Below, piece by piece: positions 1 to 12,773 of a stretch of 64,000 nucleotides of DNA. The translations under genes were made by a program, and so were the position numbers. Numbering within the stretch: position 1 is the stretch's first letter; each line of letters opens with the position of its first letter. Origin of the DNA: Mobula hypostoma. Its lineage: Eukaryota. The stretch spans positions 17,546,001-17,610,000 of the forward strand of contig NC_086115.1 of NCBI RefSeq assembly GCF_963921235.1, given 5' to 3'. Below the pieces are notes generated by a model. The model did no database searches. It saw only the letters and a program-made list of their open reading frames with translations, and had not been told where the DNA came from.

Positions 1-141
1 AATATTGAAATCAAGCCCACATCCACTACTTCTGCTGGCAGTTTGTTCTACGCTTTCACCACTCTGAGTGAAGAGGTTCTTCCCCTCATGTTCCCCTTAA
101 ATATTTCCTTTCGCCATTAAGTTGTTGTTCTGCTTGTCCAG

Positions 142-310
142 GGAGGAGCAAGAGAAGTTGAACATCTGGGTGGCTCTGCTCAACCTGGAGAATCTCTACG
201 GCACAGAGGAGTCGCTGGCCAAAGTGTTTGAACGGGCTGTACAGTACAGTGAACCCCTGAAAGTCTTCCAGCAACTGGCCAACATCTACACCAGGTCTGA
301 GAAGTACAAG
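142..310 (+). CDS. PDCD11: PDCD11/RRP5 internal exon (HAT/TPR region; [21 protein letters not shown]...SEKYK)
   Basis: Acceptor ttgtccAG at 140-141 and donor GTaggaag at 311. Translation matches the recalled C-terminal HAT repeats of RRP5 ([20 protein letters not shown]). Gene begins upstream of the window. Confidence 0.95.
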
Positions 311-506
311 GTAGGAAGACATTTATTGTTGTGCCATCCCGTTTGGACTGGGGGTTTGTAGACTGTGAAACTGTTACCCTGAATAATGCGTGGAGGTCAG
401 CCAGTGAGAACAGCAGGAAGAGTTTAAAAGGAAGACGGATTTGCAGAGCGTGTGTTGGACTAGTGGTTGACAGAGTAGGAAGGCTTTGGCTCAACGGGTT
501 GGAGGG

Positions 507-1930
507 TTGCGGATGTTAATCCCTTATTCAAGAAGGGGAATAGGGATATCCCAGGAAATTATAGGCCAATGAGGCTTACTTCAGTGGTTGGTAAGTTGAT
601 GGAGAAGATCCTGAGGGGCAGGAATTAAGAACATTTGGAGAGGCATAATATGATTAGGAATAGTCAGCATTGCTTTGTCAAAGGCAGGTCGTGCCTTATG
701 AGCTTGATTGAATTTTTTGAGGATGTGACTAAGCACATTGATGAAGATAGAGCCATAGATGTAGTGTATATGGATTTTAGCAAGGCATTTGATAAGGTAC
801 CCCATGCAAGGCTTATTGAGAAAGTAAGGAGGCATGGGATCCAAGGGGACGTTGCTTTGTGGATCCAGAAGTGGCTTGCCCACAGAAGGCAAAGAGTGGT
901 TGTAGACGGGTTATATTCTGCGTGGAGGTCGGTGACCAGTGGTGTGCTTCAGGGATCTGTTCTGGGACCCCTACCCTTTGTGATTTTTATAAATGTCCTG
1001 GATGAGGAAGTGCAGGGATGGGTTAGTAAATATGCTGATGACACAAACGTTGGGGGTGTTGTGGATAGTGTGGAGGGCTGTCAGAGGTTATAGCAGGATA
1101 TTGATAGGATGCAAAACTGGGCTGAGAAGTGGCAGATGGAGTTCAACCCAGATAGGTGTGAGGTGGTTCATTTTGGTAGGTCAAATATGATGGCAGAATA
1201 TAGAATTAATGGTAAGACTCTTGGCAGTGTGGATCAGAGGGATCTTGGGGTCTGAGTCCATAGGATGCTCAAAGCCGCTGCGCAGGTTGACTCCGTGGTT
1301 AAGAAGGCGTATGGTGCATTGGCCTTCATCAATTGTGGGATTGAATTTAAGAGCCGAGAGGTAATGTTGCAGCTATATAGGACCCTGGTCAGACCCCGCT
1401 TGGAGTACCGTGCTCAATTCTGGTCACCTCACTGTAGGAAGGACGTGGAATCCATAGAAAAGGTGCAGAGGAGATTTACAAGGATGTTGCCTGGATTGGG
1501 GAGCATGCCTTATGAGAATAGATTGAGTGAACTCAGTCTTCTTGCCTTGGAGCAACGGAGGATGAGAGGTGACCTGATAGAGGTGTATAAGATAATGAGG
1601 GACATTGATCGTGTGGATAGTCAGAGGCTTTTCCCCAGGGCTGAAATGGCTAGCACGAGAGGGTATAGATTTATGATGCTTGGAAGCAGATACAGAGGAG
1701 ATGTCACACGTAAGTTTTTTACGCAGAGAGCGGTGAGTGCGTGGAATGGGTTGCTGGTGGCGGTGGTGGAGGCGGAAATGATAGGGTCTTTTAAGAGACT
1801 CCTGGATGGCTACGTGGAGCTTAGAAGAATAGAGGGCTATGGGTAAAGCCTAGGTAGTTCTAAGGTAGGGACATGTTCGGCACAGCTTTGTGGGCTGAAG
1901 GGCCTGTATTGTGCTGTATGTTTTCGATGT
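507..1930 (+). mobile_element. CR1 LINE, 5'-truncated (RT domain and 3' UTR, with stops) in a PDCD11 intron
   Basis: ORFs 635-1093 (VDVVYMDFSKAFDKVPH-like, QGSVLGP, KYADD) and 1265-1846 (LVRPRLEY..QFWSP, RRMRGDLIEVYKIM) are CR1 ORF2 motifs. Confidence 0.92.
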
Positions 1931-1979
1931 AATTTCAAGCATTGTCTAATCTGTTGTGCTGTGTGTTCTGTTTTACAAG

Positions 1980-2133
1980 CAAGCAGATGCCTTGTACAAC
2001 ACCATGCTGAAACGGTTCCGTCAGGAGAGCGCCGTTTGGCTGAGCTATGCTGCCTTCCTCATGAAGCAGGGGCGCGGCGAGGGCAGCCATACCCTACTGC
2101 AGAGAGCTCTCAAATGTCTACCAAAGAAAGAGC
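1980..2133 (+). CDS. PDCD11: PDCD11 exon ([20 protein letters not shown]...CLPKKE)
   Basis: Acceptor ttttacaAG ends at 1979 and donor GTaagt starts at 2134. Phase 0 in, phase 1 out, consistent with the neighbouring exons. Confidence 0.93.
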
Positions 2134-3235
2134 GTAAGTTAGAGTTGGTGTGGGAAAAGGGTGTAAATCATTCTTGGCTGCATTTCATCAGTTTCTGTTT
2201 GCCAAAGCTCCTAACAATCCTGCTGGAGGAATGCAGCAGGTCAGGCGGCATCTATGAAGATGAACATTTTTGGCTGGGACTCTCCGAAACTTCACCTGTT
2301 TATTCCTCCTCCTTATCTGCTGAGTTCCTCCAGAATTTTGTGTAATTTGCTCTGGATTTCCAGCATCTGCAGAACCTCTTGCACTCCCAACAGTCCTGTC
2401 CAGGGAGCTGCCAATGCATGGTTGAAGTTCTGTGGTTCCTTGTCTGCTGCATTGGGATGGGCTTCAGTTATTGTTTTCCACCACTTGTCAGAGGTCTTAA
2501 TAAGGAGACATCATTTATCTCCTGAACCAGCTGCTTCAGGCGATCAGACACTGACCGATCACATCTCAAACATCACTCCTTTCCCTTTTCCAGCAAAACT
2601 GATCGTCCAGGGATAGCCCACTAAACTTCTGGACTTTGAGAGTGAGAGTCTTGCTTTTCCACTTTGTGTATGAAAACTTCCTGTAATTTTCTTCCTTCCC
2701 ACTGGCCAGGCTGGTGTGAGCTGAGTATCTTAAAGATTAAAGCTTATTTTTATTTGTCTCCTACACATCAAGATGTGTTATTTGCATCCTAGGACATGCT
2801 GGGGGAAGTCCACAAGTGTTGCCATTCTTCTGGTACCAATATAGCATACCTACAACTCACTAACCCTTACCTGTACGTATTTGGACTGTGGTAGGAAACC
2901 AGAGTAACCTCCTCTGACATCTTCCCTATATATACTTCCCTCCAATCACCTTAAAATTATGCCTCCTCATATTAACCATTTCCACCCTGGTAAAAAGCCT
3001 CTGGCTGGCCACTCAATCTGGGCTACTTATCATCTTTTACATCTCTATTGAGTTGTCTCTCATCCTCCCTTGTTCAAAAGGGAAAATCCCTAGCTTGCTC
3101 AATCTGTCCTCAAGGACGTGCTCTCTAGTCCAGGCAGCATCCTGGTAACTGTCCCCTGCACCCTCGTGCAGGTGTGCCTTGTTCCAGTTTCCATACCTGG
3201 TCCTCGCCTTACCATCCCTTCCTCTGCCGTTTCAG

Positions 3236-3401
3236 ATGTTGACGTCATTGTCAAGTTGGCACAGCTGGATTTCCGACTGGGTGACGCGGAGCGGGCGAAG
3301 GCTCTGTTTGAGAACACGTTGAGCAGTTACCCGAAGCGCACCGACCTGTGGTCGGTCTACATCGACATGCTGGTGAAGTTTGGCAGCCAGGAGGAAGTGA
3401 G
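3236..3401 (+). CDS. PDCD11: PDCD11 exon ([45 protein letters not shown]...EEVR)
   Basis: Polypyrimidine tract plus ttcAG (3234-3235), donor GTgggt at 3402. Contains the conserved RRP5 motif FENTLS.YPKRTD.WSVYIDM. Confidence 0.95.
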
Positions 3402-3421
3402 GTGGGTCGGACTTGCTCAAA

Positions 3422-3621
3422 ACAACACACGCAAAATGCTGGAGGAACTCGGCAGGCCAGGCAGCATCTGTGGAAAAGACTACAGTCAACGTTTTGGACT
3501 GAGACCCTTCAGCTGGTCCTCTTTTCCATAGATGCTGCCTGGCCTGCTGAGTTCCTCCAGCATTTTGTGTGTGTTGCTTGGATTTCTAGCATCTGCAGAT
3601 TTTCTGTTGTTTGTGATTTAA
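3422..3621. mobile_element. Penelope-derived palindromic mini-element with 11-bp TSD
   Basis: TSD acttgctcaaa at 3411-3421 and 3622-3632. Inverted arms gctggaggaactc..gcaggccaggcagcatc / gatgctgcctggcctgctgagttcctccagc. Confidence 0.8.
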
Positions 3622-4249
3622 ACTTGCTCAAAGGAGCTCTGTCCCAAGTCAGTGAAGTTGGTCCCAGTTCCAATATCCCTGCTGCTGTGCAAGATTCCAC
3701 CCGCAACTCCAGCCTCTCGGTCCTAGTCCAGCAGGTTAAACTCCCGGTCGCTCCCACACCCTGAGGCTTCAGCTGCCCCTCACCTTGTATTTCTTCATCC
3801 TGTTCCTCCCCACCCCGACACTGGGTCAGGGAGAGCAGTGAACGGTCTCCCCCCAAACCTTCTGACTGTGTTCCAGTTCTGTGGGGTTTGCCCACAGGAT
3901 GCCAGGTCTCTCTTGGCTGACCCTTAGTCTGACAGGTTGAACACATTGGCACTACCCAGGCCTGTTGCATAGTTCAGGGACAAACCAGGATCTGGTGTGC
4001 AGCCCTTTTCACAGAGCACGGTCAGCATCAGCACCTGCTTACCAACCGCGTCGACTGATCAGACCCATCTCCGGCTCAGTACTGCGAACCCTCCCCAACT
4101 GTTCCTGTCTTTGGACCGGATGATCTCCTGCTCTCTCCCCCCCCCCCAATTGTCCGAGGAAGAAAACAATACATCCCCTCCTCAACTGCTCCTATCCTCA
4201 GACAACACACTGTCTCCAGCCCCCTGCTCTCAAAGATTAGAACAGCGTT

Positions 4250-4800
4250 GGAGTGGCCATAGAGTGTTACAGCAGAGAAACAGGCCCTTCAGCCCATTTA
4301 AACCACACTAAAGTATTCTGTATAGTCCCATCAACTTACACCTGGACCCTACCCCTCCATCCATGTACCTATCCAAACTATTTAAATGTTGGAATCAAAA
4401 CTACATCCACCACTTCCGCTGGCTGCTTGTTCTACACTCACACCACCCTCTGAGTGAAGAAGTTCCTGCTTGGGTTCCCCTTAAACATTTCACCTTTCAC
4501 TCTAAACCTATGACCTCTCGTTCTAGTTCTGGAAAAAAAAAACACCTTGCTTTTGCCCTATCTGTACTCCTCATAATTTCATATTCTTTGGCTCTATCAT
4601 ATCTCCCCTCATTCTCCTACGCTTCCAGGAATATATCCTGACCTGTTCAGCCTTTCCGTATAACTCAAGTCCCAGCAACATCCTTGTAAATTTTCTATAA
4701 CGTTTTCTGATATCTTTCCCGTAGGTAGGTGACCAGAAATGCACACATTGTTTCAAATTTGGATTCACCAACATCTTGTACAACTTCAGCTTAACATCCC
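4250..4800 (-). mobile_element. CR1 LINE 3' fragment (degenerate)
   Basis: ORF 4571-4783 (-) contains HFWSP and RRRMRGDMIE CR1 motifs. Confidence 0.75.
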
Positions 4801-4981
4801 ATATTTTTTCTAAATATTGAGTACAGAAGTTGGGATAACAGTGAATTTCGCCTGCCTGTAACCTACTGTGAGATATTGGAGGCCTGACAGCCGGCCACTA
4901 AAGTACGCCAGTGTCTCCGAGATTGGAAAACCTGTGGCCTCTGAGTACAGACTGACATCCTTTCTCCCTCCTGTCCCGTAG

Positions 4982-5153
4982 GCACCTCCTGGACAGAGCT
5001 GTGAGCCTCAAGGCAGCTCCTAAGAAGATCAAGTTTTTCTTCAAGCGCTACCTGGACTATGAGAAGAAGCACGGGAATGCAGAGCACATACAGGCGGTGA
5101 AGGACAAGGCGCTCGCCTATGTGCAATCAAAGACCTCTTTGGAGGGCAGTTAG
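4982..5153 (+). CDS. PDCD11: PDCD11 last coding exon (HLLDRAVSLKAAPKKIKFFFKRYLDYEKKHG...QSKTSLEGS*)
   Basis: Acceptor cccgtAG at 4980-4981, phase 2 entry, conserved KFFFKRYLDYEK motif, TAG at 5151-5153. Confidence 0.95.
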
Positions 5154-5655
5154 CCAGCTCTGCTGCCTGCCTCTTGTACAGTGGACTATGGGTGGTGGGA
5201 GAGAGGGGCCAGATCTATGAGGTGGAGGCTGCGGGAGGGCAGTGAAGCTTCCTCAATACTCTGCCTCCTCAGCTATTCTTCTGTGCCCCCTCCCGCTGAT
5301 GAACCGCGGCTCAGTCGTGTGTGGGGGTGGGGGGGAACGTATGAAGCCTGCTTCAGTGGTGATCAGGGCTGCAGGAACCTGCGGCAAGTGCCGCAGTGGT
5401 GATGTGGCTGGTCACCCTCACTCCTCAGTGGGGGGGTGCTTCCTGAAGTGGTACCACACCATCAGCCTGGGCTAGAAGCTTCAGATGGGGCTGAGTGGAC
5501 CACCGACTCAGCCCTTGAGGGGGCACCAGGGTGCAGTGTTGAATCTGTTCACCTTCCCCACAGCAGCTCCATGTGTACAGAGCAAAGAGCTCGAACCACA
5601 AGAAACCGAGGGTCAGGAACTCCATATGGGGGTGGCCTTCCAGCCAAGGGATTGT

Positions 5656-5661
5656 AATAAA
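5656..5661 (+). terminator. PDCD11 polyadenylation signal AATAAA
   Basis: AATAAA about 500 nt after the stop, followed by a GT/T-rich downstream element (gttttgtggttttt). Confidence 0.75.
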
Positions 5662-5884
5662 GCTGATGTTTTGTGGTTTTTAAGGTTGTCTGTCTGCAGT
5701 GAGTGTCTGTCTAGGACCAGAGAAGCTCAGAATGAGGCCGTTCGCCCATCGAGTCTGCTTCGCCATTCTGTCATGGCTGATTTATTATGCCGCTCAGCCC
5801 GGTTCTCTGCCTTCTCCCTGTAACATTTGACAACATTACTAATCAAGAACCTATCAATATCTGCATAACATATACCAATGACTT

Positions 5885-6740
5885 CAGAATCAGGTTTGTT
5901 ATCACCAGCATATGCTGCGAAATTTGTTAGCTTAGCGGCAGCTTTTCAATGCATTATATGATTAAGTAAATCTATTACAGTGTGTGTATGTGTGTGTGAC
6001 GGCAGAGGAGAAGAAGCTGTTCCTGAATCACTGAGTGTGTGTGTTCAGGCTCTGTATCTCCTTCCTGAGGGTAACAATGAGAAGAGGGCATGTCCCGGGT
6101 GATGGGGGTCCTTAATGGTGCACATCAGCTTTCTGAAGCACTGCTCCTTGAAGATGTCTTGGATGCTACGGAAGATGGTAATGATGGAGCCAACTAATCT
6201 TACATAGCTTCTTTTGATCCTGTGCAGTCTCTTCCCCCCCCCCCCCCCATTCCAGACAGTGATGCAGCCTGTCAGAATGTTCTACGGTACATTTGTAGAA
6301 ATTTTTTGAGTGTCTTGGATGACAAATCAATCTCCTCAAACTCGTAATGAAACACAGCTGCTGTCTTGCCTTCTTTATAGCTGCATTGATATGTTGGGAC
6401 CAGGTTAGAGCCTCAGAAATCTTGACACCCTGGAACTTGAATTTGCTCACTCTCTCCACTTCTGATCCTTCTGTGAGGATTGGTTCATGTTCCCTTGACC
6501 TACCTTTTCTAAAGTCCACAATCAGCTCTTTGGTCTTACTGATGTTGAGAGCAAGGTTGTTACTGTGACACCACTCAACTAGCTGGTATATCTCGCTCCT
6601 GTATGCCTTCTCTACTCTCTAAGATTCTGCCAACACTAACTGTATCATCAGCAAATGTATAGATGCCATTTGGGCTGTGCCTGGCCACACAGTCATGGGT
6701 ACAGAGAGAGCAGAGCAGTGGGTTAAGCACACGCCCCTGA
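5885..6740 (-). mobile_element. Rex1/Babar-type non-LTR retrotransposon 3' fragment
   Basis: ORF 6166-6519 (-): GSEVERVSKFKFQGVKISEALTWSQH...KKARQQL, the typical C-terminal RT/DUF1891 region. Confidence 0.75.
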
Positions 6741-6959
6741 GACTACACCTCCACCCTCCCCACTGCTACAGCTGCAGACTGATGTGTGGTAATGCATTTG
6801 TCTCACTGTGACCAGAATCTCGTGGGATCTTGCTGTGACTACTTTGCACCAGCAGTAAGACTCCACATCACTTCCCCCACCTCTGCCTATTCTTCAGAGA
6901 AGAGCAGGAGGTGCTGAGGTGTCGATGTGTGAGCAGTGGAACGAGCTCCGTCATCTCAG

Positions 6960-7235
6960 TGTTTAGATTAGATCAGCTTTTATTTGTCATATGTACGTCA
7001 AAACATCGGAGGACGGTGAAGTGCATTGTTTGCACCAGTGACCAACTCAGTCCGAGGATTTCTCACCACGATTCTGGCACCAACGTAACATGCCCACACA
7101 CCTTTCAAAAGAGGAGCAAACCACAGCATCACCTGGAGGAAATCCACGTGGTCACAGGGAGGACGTACAGACTGCGGCGGGAACTCAGCCTGGGTCACTG
7201 GTGCTGCGATAGCATTACCCTGCCGTGCTGCACCC
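6960..7235 (-). mobile_element. tRNA-derived SINE (HE1/V-SINE-like), degenerate
   Basis: Minus strand reads a tRNA-like head (gcagcac...accagtgacccagg..gttc) followed by gtacgtcctccctgtgaccacgtggatttcctcc, which resembles the V-SINE core. Confidence 0.5.
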
Positions 7236-7599
7236 AGGGCTTACTGGCCGGCCTACCAACCAGACTGGATAGCTGTCTCAGCAAGTCCACTGGGCCCTCA
7301 CAGTACCAACACCCGAGCTGAAACTCCCAGTGCAAGGACCAGGCACGCGCACAGTTGACACCAGCCCATTGCTCTCCCTGCTGTACCAGTCTGGAGGCTG
7401 CCGCGCCTTTCTGGAGCGATTATTCTGCTGCTGTTGTGGGAATTAGTGTCTGGTCCCAGCCTTTACTGAGTAACTGATGGTGCTGACTCCACAGACTGGC
7501 GTAGTACAGGTAATAAGTCATAAACGTGTCTCCCAGTGCTGACTGTGCAAAAGGAAAGCGTTCACAGGGCCACTGTGGTTCAGACCCACGATAGACACA

Positions 7600-9520
7600 T
7601 GGAAACATAGAAAATAGGTGCAGGAGTAGGCCATTCGGCCCTTCGAGCCTGTACAGCCATTCAGTATGATCATGGCTGATCATCCAACTCAGAACCCTGT
7701 ACCTGCCTTCCCTCCATACCCCTTGATCCCTTTAGCCACAAGGGCCATATCTAACTCCCTCTTAAATATAGCCAATGAACTGGCCTCAACTGTCTCCTGT
7801 GGCAGAGAATTCCACAGATTCACTACTCTCTGTGTGAAGAGTTTTTCCTAATCTCGGTTCTAAAAGGCTTCCCCTTTGTCCTCAAACTGTGACCCCTCGT
7901 TGTGAACACATAACAACTTCTGCAGTTATATGGTATGTTTACTCCCAAGGTGCTCCAAGGGATTCTGTGATCCTGTGGTGTGGGTGAAACAGATTCTGAT
8001 TTATTCGTCACATGTACATCGAAACATACAGTGAGATGCATTGTTTGTGTTAATAAGTAACACACTTGACGATGTACTGGGCATAGAACAAACTCTTCAG
8101 CCCACGATGTTCTGTCAGTGTTATAATCTACTTGAAGATCAATCTAACCCTTATCACCCTCTATCATCCGTGAGCATTGATGGCTCTGGGCCTATACTCG
8201 CTGGAGTTTAGAAGAATGGGGGGGGGGGTTCTCCAAAACCTATCCTATATTAAAAGTAGACATGGAGAGAATGTTTCCTATAGTGAAGAAGTCTGGGATC
8301 AGAAGTCACAGCCTCAGAATACAAGATAATCCTTTGGAACAAATATGGGGAAACCATATTTAGCCAAACGGTGGCAAATCTTTTGAATCCATTGTCACAG
8401 GCTGCGGTGGAGGCCAAGTCATTGGGTAGATTTCAAGCAGAGGTGAATGGGTTCTGAATTAATGGGGTGTCAAAGGTTACAGGGAGAAGGTGGGAGAATA
8501 GGGTTTGGATGGGATCATAAATATGAATGGTGGAGCAGATGATGGGACGAATGGCCTAATTCTGCTTCTATTTCTTATGGTACATTTCTTAAAAGAATTT
8601 CAGCAGATTTAGCAGGCTTACTTTGGCCTATTTTATTATGTGCCCCCAAGTACCTACCCTGAAACCTGATCGTTAATACTTCAACATCTGGAGTCAGGCT
8701 AAATGGCCAATAATTTCCTTTCTTTGGCCTCCCTCCCTTAGAGTGGAGCGACATTGGTAATTTTCCAGTCCTCCATAATCTAGTAATTGGTGAAGGATCA
8801 TTATTAATGCTTCCACAATCTCGTCAGCTGTCTCTTTTAGAACCCTGGGTGTAGTCTATCTGGTCCAGGTGACTTACCTACTTACAGTCTTTTCAGCTTC
8901 CCAAGCACCTTCTTAATAATAGCAATGGCACTCACTTCTGCCCCCTATCATTCGCATTTCTGGCGTTTTGCTAGTGTCTTCCACAGTGAAAACTGACGCA
9001 AAATACCCATTAAATTCGTCCGCCATTTTGTTGTCCCCCATTACGACCTCTCCAGTGGTCCGAAATCCACTGCTCTCTCTCATTTACCCTTCATGTTTCT
9101 GAAAAAAACTTTTTTGCATCCTCATATTATTGGTTAGATTTCCTTCATATTTCATCTTTTCTCTCAACGGTTTTTAAATACTTTCTGTTTTTAAAATCCT
9201 CTACCTTCCCACAAATATTTGCAATATTATATGCCCTCTTTTTTTTTTGCTGTCTTTGACTCCCCTTGTCAGGCATGGTTGCCTCGTCCTCCCTTTAGAG
9301 TACTTTATCTTTGGGAATTTCCAAACTTCCCCCAGAAACACCATTGTTGTCCAGCCGTCATCTCGGTTAGTGTTCCCCTCCTATCAACTTTGGCCAGCTC
9401 CTCTCTCCTGTTTCTGTAATTCCCTTTACTCCACTGTAATACTGATAGATCCGATTTTGGCTTCAGCTTCTCAAACTGCAGGGTGAATTCTATCATATTA
9501 TGATCACTGCCTGCTAAGAG
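7600..9520. mobile_element. Cluster of degenerate CR1 fragments (7600-7900 minus, 8170-8590 plus, 8600-9520 minus)
   Basis: CR1 3' UTR signatures (gaatggcctactcctgcacctatttt) and ORF2 remnants (MIEFTLQFEK...WSKGNYR..REELAKVD). Confidence 0.7.
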
Positions 9521-10233
9521 TTCTCTAAGAGCGCTACAAGATCATCTACTTTATTCCATATACTGTGTGCATTCAAATATGACACCTTCAATCCTGTATT
9601 CGACATCCTTTGGAATTTGGTCAACTGTTACACTCATCCCACTGACTGCATTTTTGCCTGATCAACTGCCCCATTCTTATCCCAAGCACTCTAGTTTGCA
9701 TCCCCCCACCCCAGCATTGTGGCTGGTGGAAGAGCCTTCAGTGCTCACTGCCCCTGACCTGTTCTTCTATCCCTGCTCATGGGCTGTCTGTCCCACTCCC
9801 ATTTGGGAGGAAGCTACACAGCATCCACACGAGGACCACCAGACTCTCCGTTACTTTCCCCAAGCAATAAGGCTGATCAACACCTCCACCCCCACTACAT
9901 TATCATTTCCTGTCAGTCGCCGTATGTGCAGACACTCGTGTACCCAGCGTTACTTTATGGACAGACAATCAATCTACGTATATAGCTATTCTAAGTATTT
10001 ACTTTTATTGTGTCCTTTATTGTATTTTTGTTTTGTGTGCTGCATTGGATCCAGAGTAACAATTATTTTCGTCTCCTTTACACTTTTGTACTCGTGAAAG
10101 AATACTAAGCAACTTTAGATCTACAATCTGGTATTTATCTTGTTGGTCCATTTGTGTTTAATTGTGATCCTCACCTGGATCTGGCTCAAAGGTAATGGAC
10201 TTGATGCTGAAAAAGGCATTGAATCAGTTGTAG

Positions 10234-11749
10234 CAGTGGTTCCAAAACTCTTTTGGGTTACCGTCTCCTTGGCTATTAGACTAGACCACAGCTCCAGCGC
10301 GCCCCCCCCCCCACCCCTTTCTGGCCATTACATAAAACTATAAATCAATATTCTTTATGATGCACAGCCTCAGAGCTGCTCAGAAATTGGAAATTGCACT
10401 TGAATAACTCGGACAAAAATATAGAGACGACTGTATTTGAGTCTTCAAAGAATTTTATCACAGTTTCAAAAAGTGCATAAAAGTATTTCAGGCAGTTTCC
10501 TTTTGAGAACCATCTGACTTTGTTATTCATCATTCTCAATACAAAGATCTGAAAATAGTTGAGAATCGAGAGCGTGGGACTTGATTTTATTCATTGCTGT
10601 GATAACAGCTATTTATGATTTGTGTAGTCGATCACTTTGGGTTTACTGTCTGTTAGGTGCAGCTTATGTTTCAAGGAAGTAACACCCCACGGTGGTGTCC
10701 CGTCATTGGTGCCCCATTTGTTTCACAAGAAAGAATGTTTGTGAGCACAGCATCCTATTTGGAAAATTTGTCAAGAATCCGAAATATTGGCTTCTCCGTC
10801 GTATCTGTTTGTAGTCCCCTTGCACATATCAACTCTTGATCCATGCCTTCATTTTTAATGAAGCAAACATAGCAAGAAGCAAAGATTTGTTACCTGGTCG
10901 AATTGATCTATCCTACTGCACATTCTCGAGACATTTCATCTAAATGTCTTTGAACCAACCCGTCACTGAGCAGAATCACTTTATTATTTGGTTTGGTGGC
11001 TTAAACAAATTGTACTCAGAACCTCCCTTACTGCTGGCAGAATCAGTCCTCCAATTGTGTAGGGCTTTTCAGATTTGGCAATGAGTAATGAAATACTGTA
11101 ATTTTTACTCAGGGGTTCCCTTAGGCCTGAAAATTATTTCAAAGGTTTCTCCAGGGCAAAGAGGTTGAGAACAGTATTACAGTACTACGTGAATACATTA
11201 CGGAAATCATACTCACGGGAATGATGCTTGGGCCGGGCCCAGAAATAGCACAATTTCTTCAGTCCATATTTCTCATGATATGCCAAGGCCAAAAGTGTCA
11301 CATTATTTCTCAACAACTATACCGTGCTTTTTTTTAGATGAGGATATGCAGTCCTCTTTTATTGTTATTTAGTAATGCATGCATTAAGAAATGATACAAT
11401 ATTCCTCCGGTGTGATATCACAGAAACACAGGACAGACCAAGACTGAAAAACTGACAAAAACCACATAATTGCAACATATAGTTACAACAGTGTAAACAA
11501 TACCAAGGCTGAGAGAACGGTGAGTTAGCAAGAGATGAGGTGATTACGTGATCATTGTGATCATTTATGAGGCACTGATGATCAAATGCTTATAATAATT
11601 AATTTCTTAAATCAAGCCTGTAATCCATTGGCTCCCCCTTGTTACCCAGCGTAATTTCCTTCTCTCCCTTTATTGCCCCGTTAGAAACTCCCACCGTCTC
11701 GGGGGGGGGGGAGGGGAGTGTTGAATACCGCCTACTTTGGAAACTACTG
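10234..11749 (-). mobile_element. hAT (Charlie/Buster-like) DNA transposon fossil
   Basis: TIRs cagtggttccaaaact (10234) and actttggaaactactg (ends 11749). Degenerate 8-bp TSD agttgtag/ggttacag. Minus-strand remnants VRWFSKGNCLKYFYALFETV, GAPMTGHHRG and HTIGGLILPAVREVLSTI. Confidence 0.8.
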
Positions 11750-12259
11750 GGTTACAGCCGTAGTTGTCAATCACAGGGACGATCTGTTGCCAGGTTCTCC
11801 GGGTATTCCTCCACCTGAACTAGGTGTGGCCCAGGTCCTCAATGTATAAACCTCCAAGCAAAGGTTGGGGAATGTGGTTGTATCAGGCCGTGATCCTGGT
11901 TGAGGAGTCCGACTGTGTGGCCCCGATCTTCCCCAAACCTACTAGTGTCCCAAAGCAAAACAGCGTCCACAAGTGCTCCAAGCTGGCCACAGCTGGAGCC
12001 CTGGTGAAAGTCGGGCTGCCTGTGCGGGGCTCTGTGAGGAAGGGCTACGGATTAGACTCTCTTGTCATAGTCACAAAGACTGGAATACCTTAAAACCCAC
12101 TCAACAATTTGCTTTAAGGTGGCAAGTGGATGTCAACTGATAGGTTTCTCTATAACTCAGGTGAACAACCTGAATTGTAATCAAAGTTGTAGACTAGATG
12201 TTCTGTTAGATTATTTTCCATAAAGTATAGAAAGCAAAATAGCGTGAGTATGATTTTAC

Positions 12260-12660
12260 CAGTGGGGACATCTACAAGGAGCGCTGCCACGAGAAAACAG
12301 CGTCTGTCATCGAGGGCCCCCACCGGCCGGGCCACGCTCTCGTCTCGCTGCTTCCAACGGGCAGGTGGTACAGGAGTCGTAGGTCCCACACCAGCAGGGT
12401 CAGAAGCAGTTTCTACCCCTCAACTACCAGGCTTCTGAACCAGTGTGGATAACTCGCTTCAACTCTGAACTGACTCCACAACCAATAGACTCTGTTTCAA
12501 AACCTCTACACCTCAAGCTCTCGGTATTTATTAATTTATTACTCTTTTTGTTACAGTTTGACTTATTTTGCACATTGGTTGTTTGTCAGTCCTTGTGTGT
12601 CGTTTTTCATTGATTCTATTGTATTTCTTTATTCTACCGAGAATGCCTGCAAGAAAATGT
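12260..12660 (+). mobile_element. Rex1/Babar-like 3' end fragment
   Basis: caccggccgggccacgctctc..tcgctgcttccaacgggcaggtggtacaggag...ttctacccctcaact, followed by an AT-rich 3' tail. Similar copies lie at about 9780-10110, 20900-21420 and 57790-58100. Confidence 0.6.
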
Positions 12661-12773
12661 TCTCCGGAGCCAAGCACCTACTCTGCTTTCCCGGTCGGGT
12701 TAATGGCCAAACCAGGCACGGGGCAACAGTGAAGAAGTTTGTTTTCGCACCACGGAGGCCACACTCAGACACG

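Noticed and set aside
7235-7600. Possible CALHM2 pseudogene remnant (minus-strand peptides SNGLV and LSSLVGRPA resemble CALHM2 FNGLV and LSSILGRAA)
   Set aside because: The motifs are in different frames, about half the expected distance apart, with no CPC or other CALHM motif. The segment abuts a SINE, so this is likely chance similarity.
11770-12100. Non-repeat segment with ORF 11824-12093 and a minus-strand acceptor-like site
   Set aside because: No recognisable protein motif in any frame I translated, and the minus frames contain stops.
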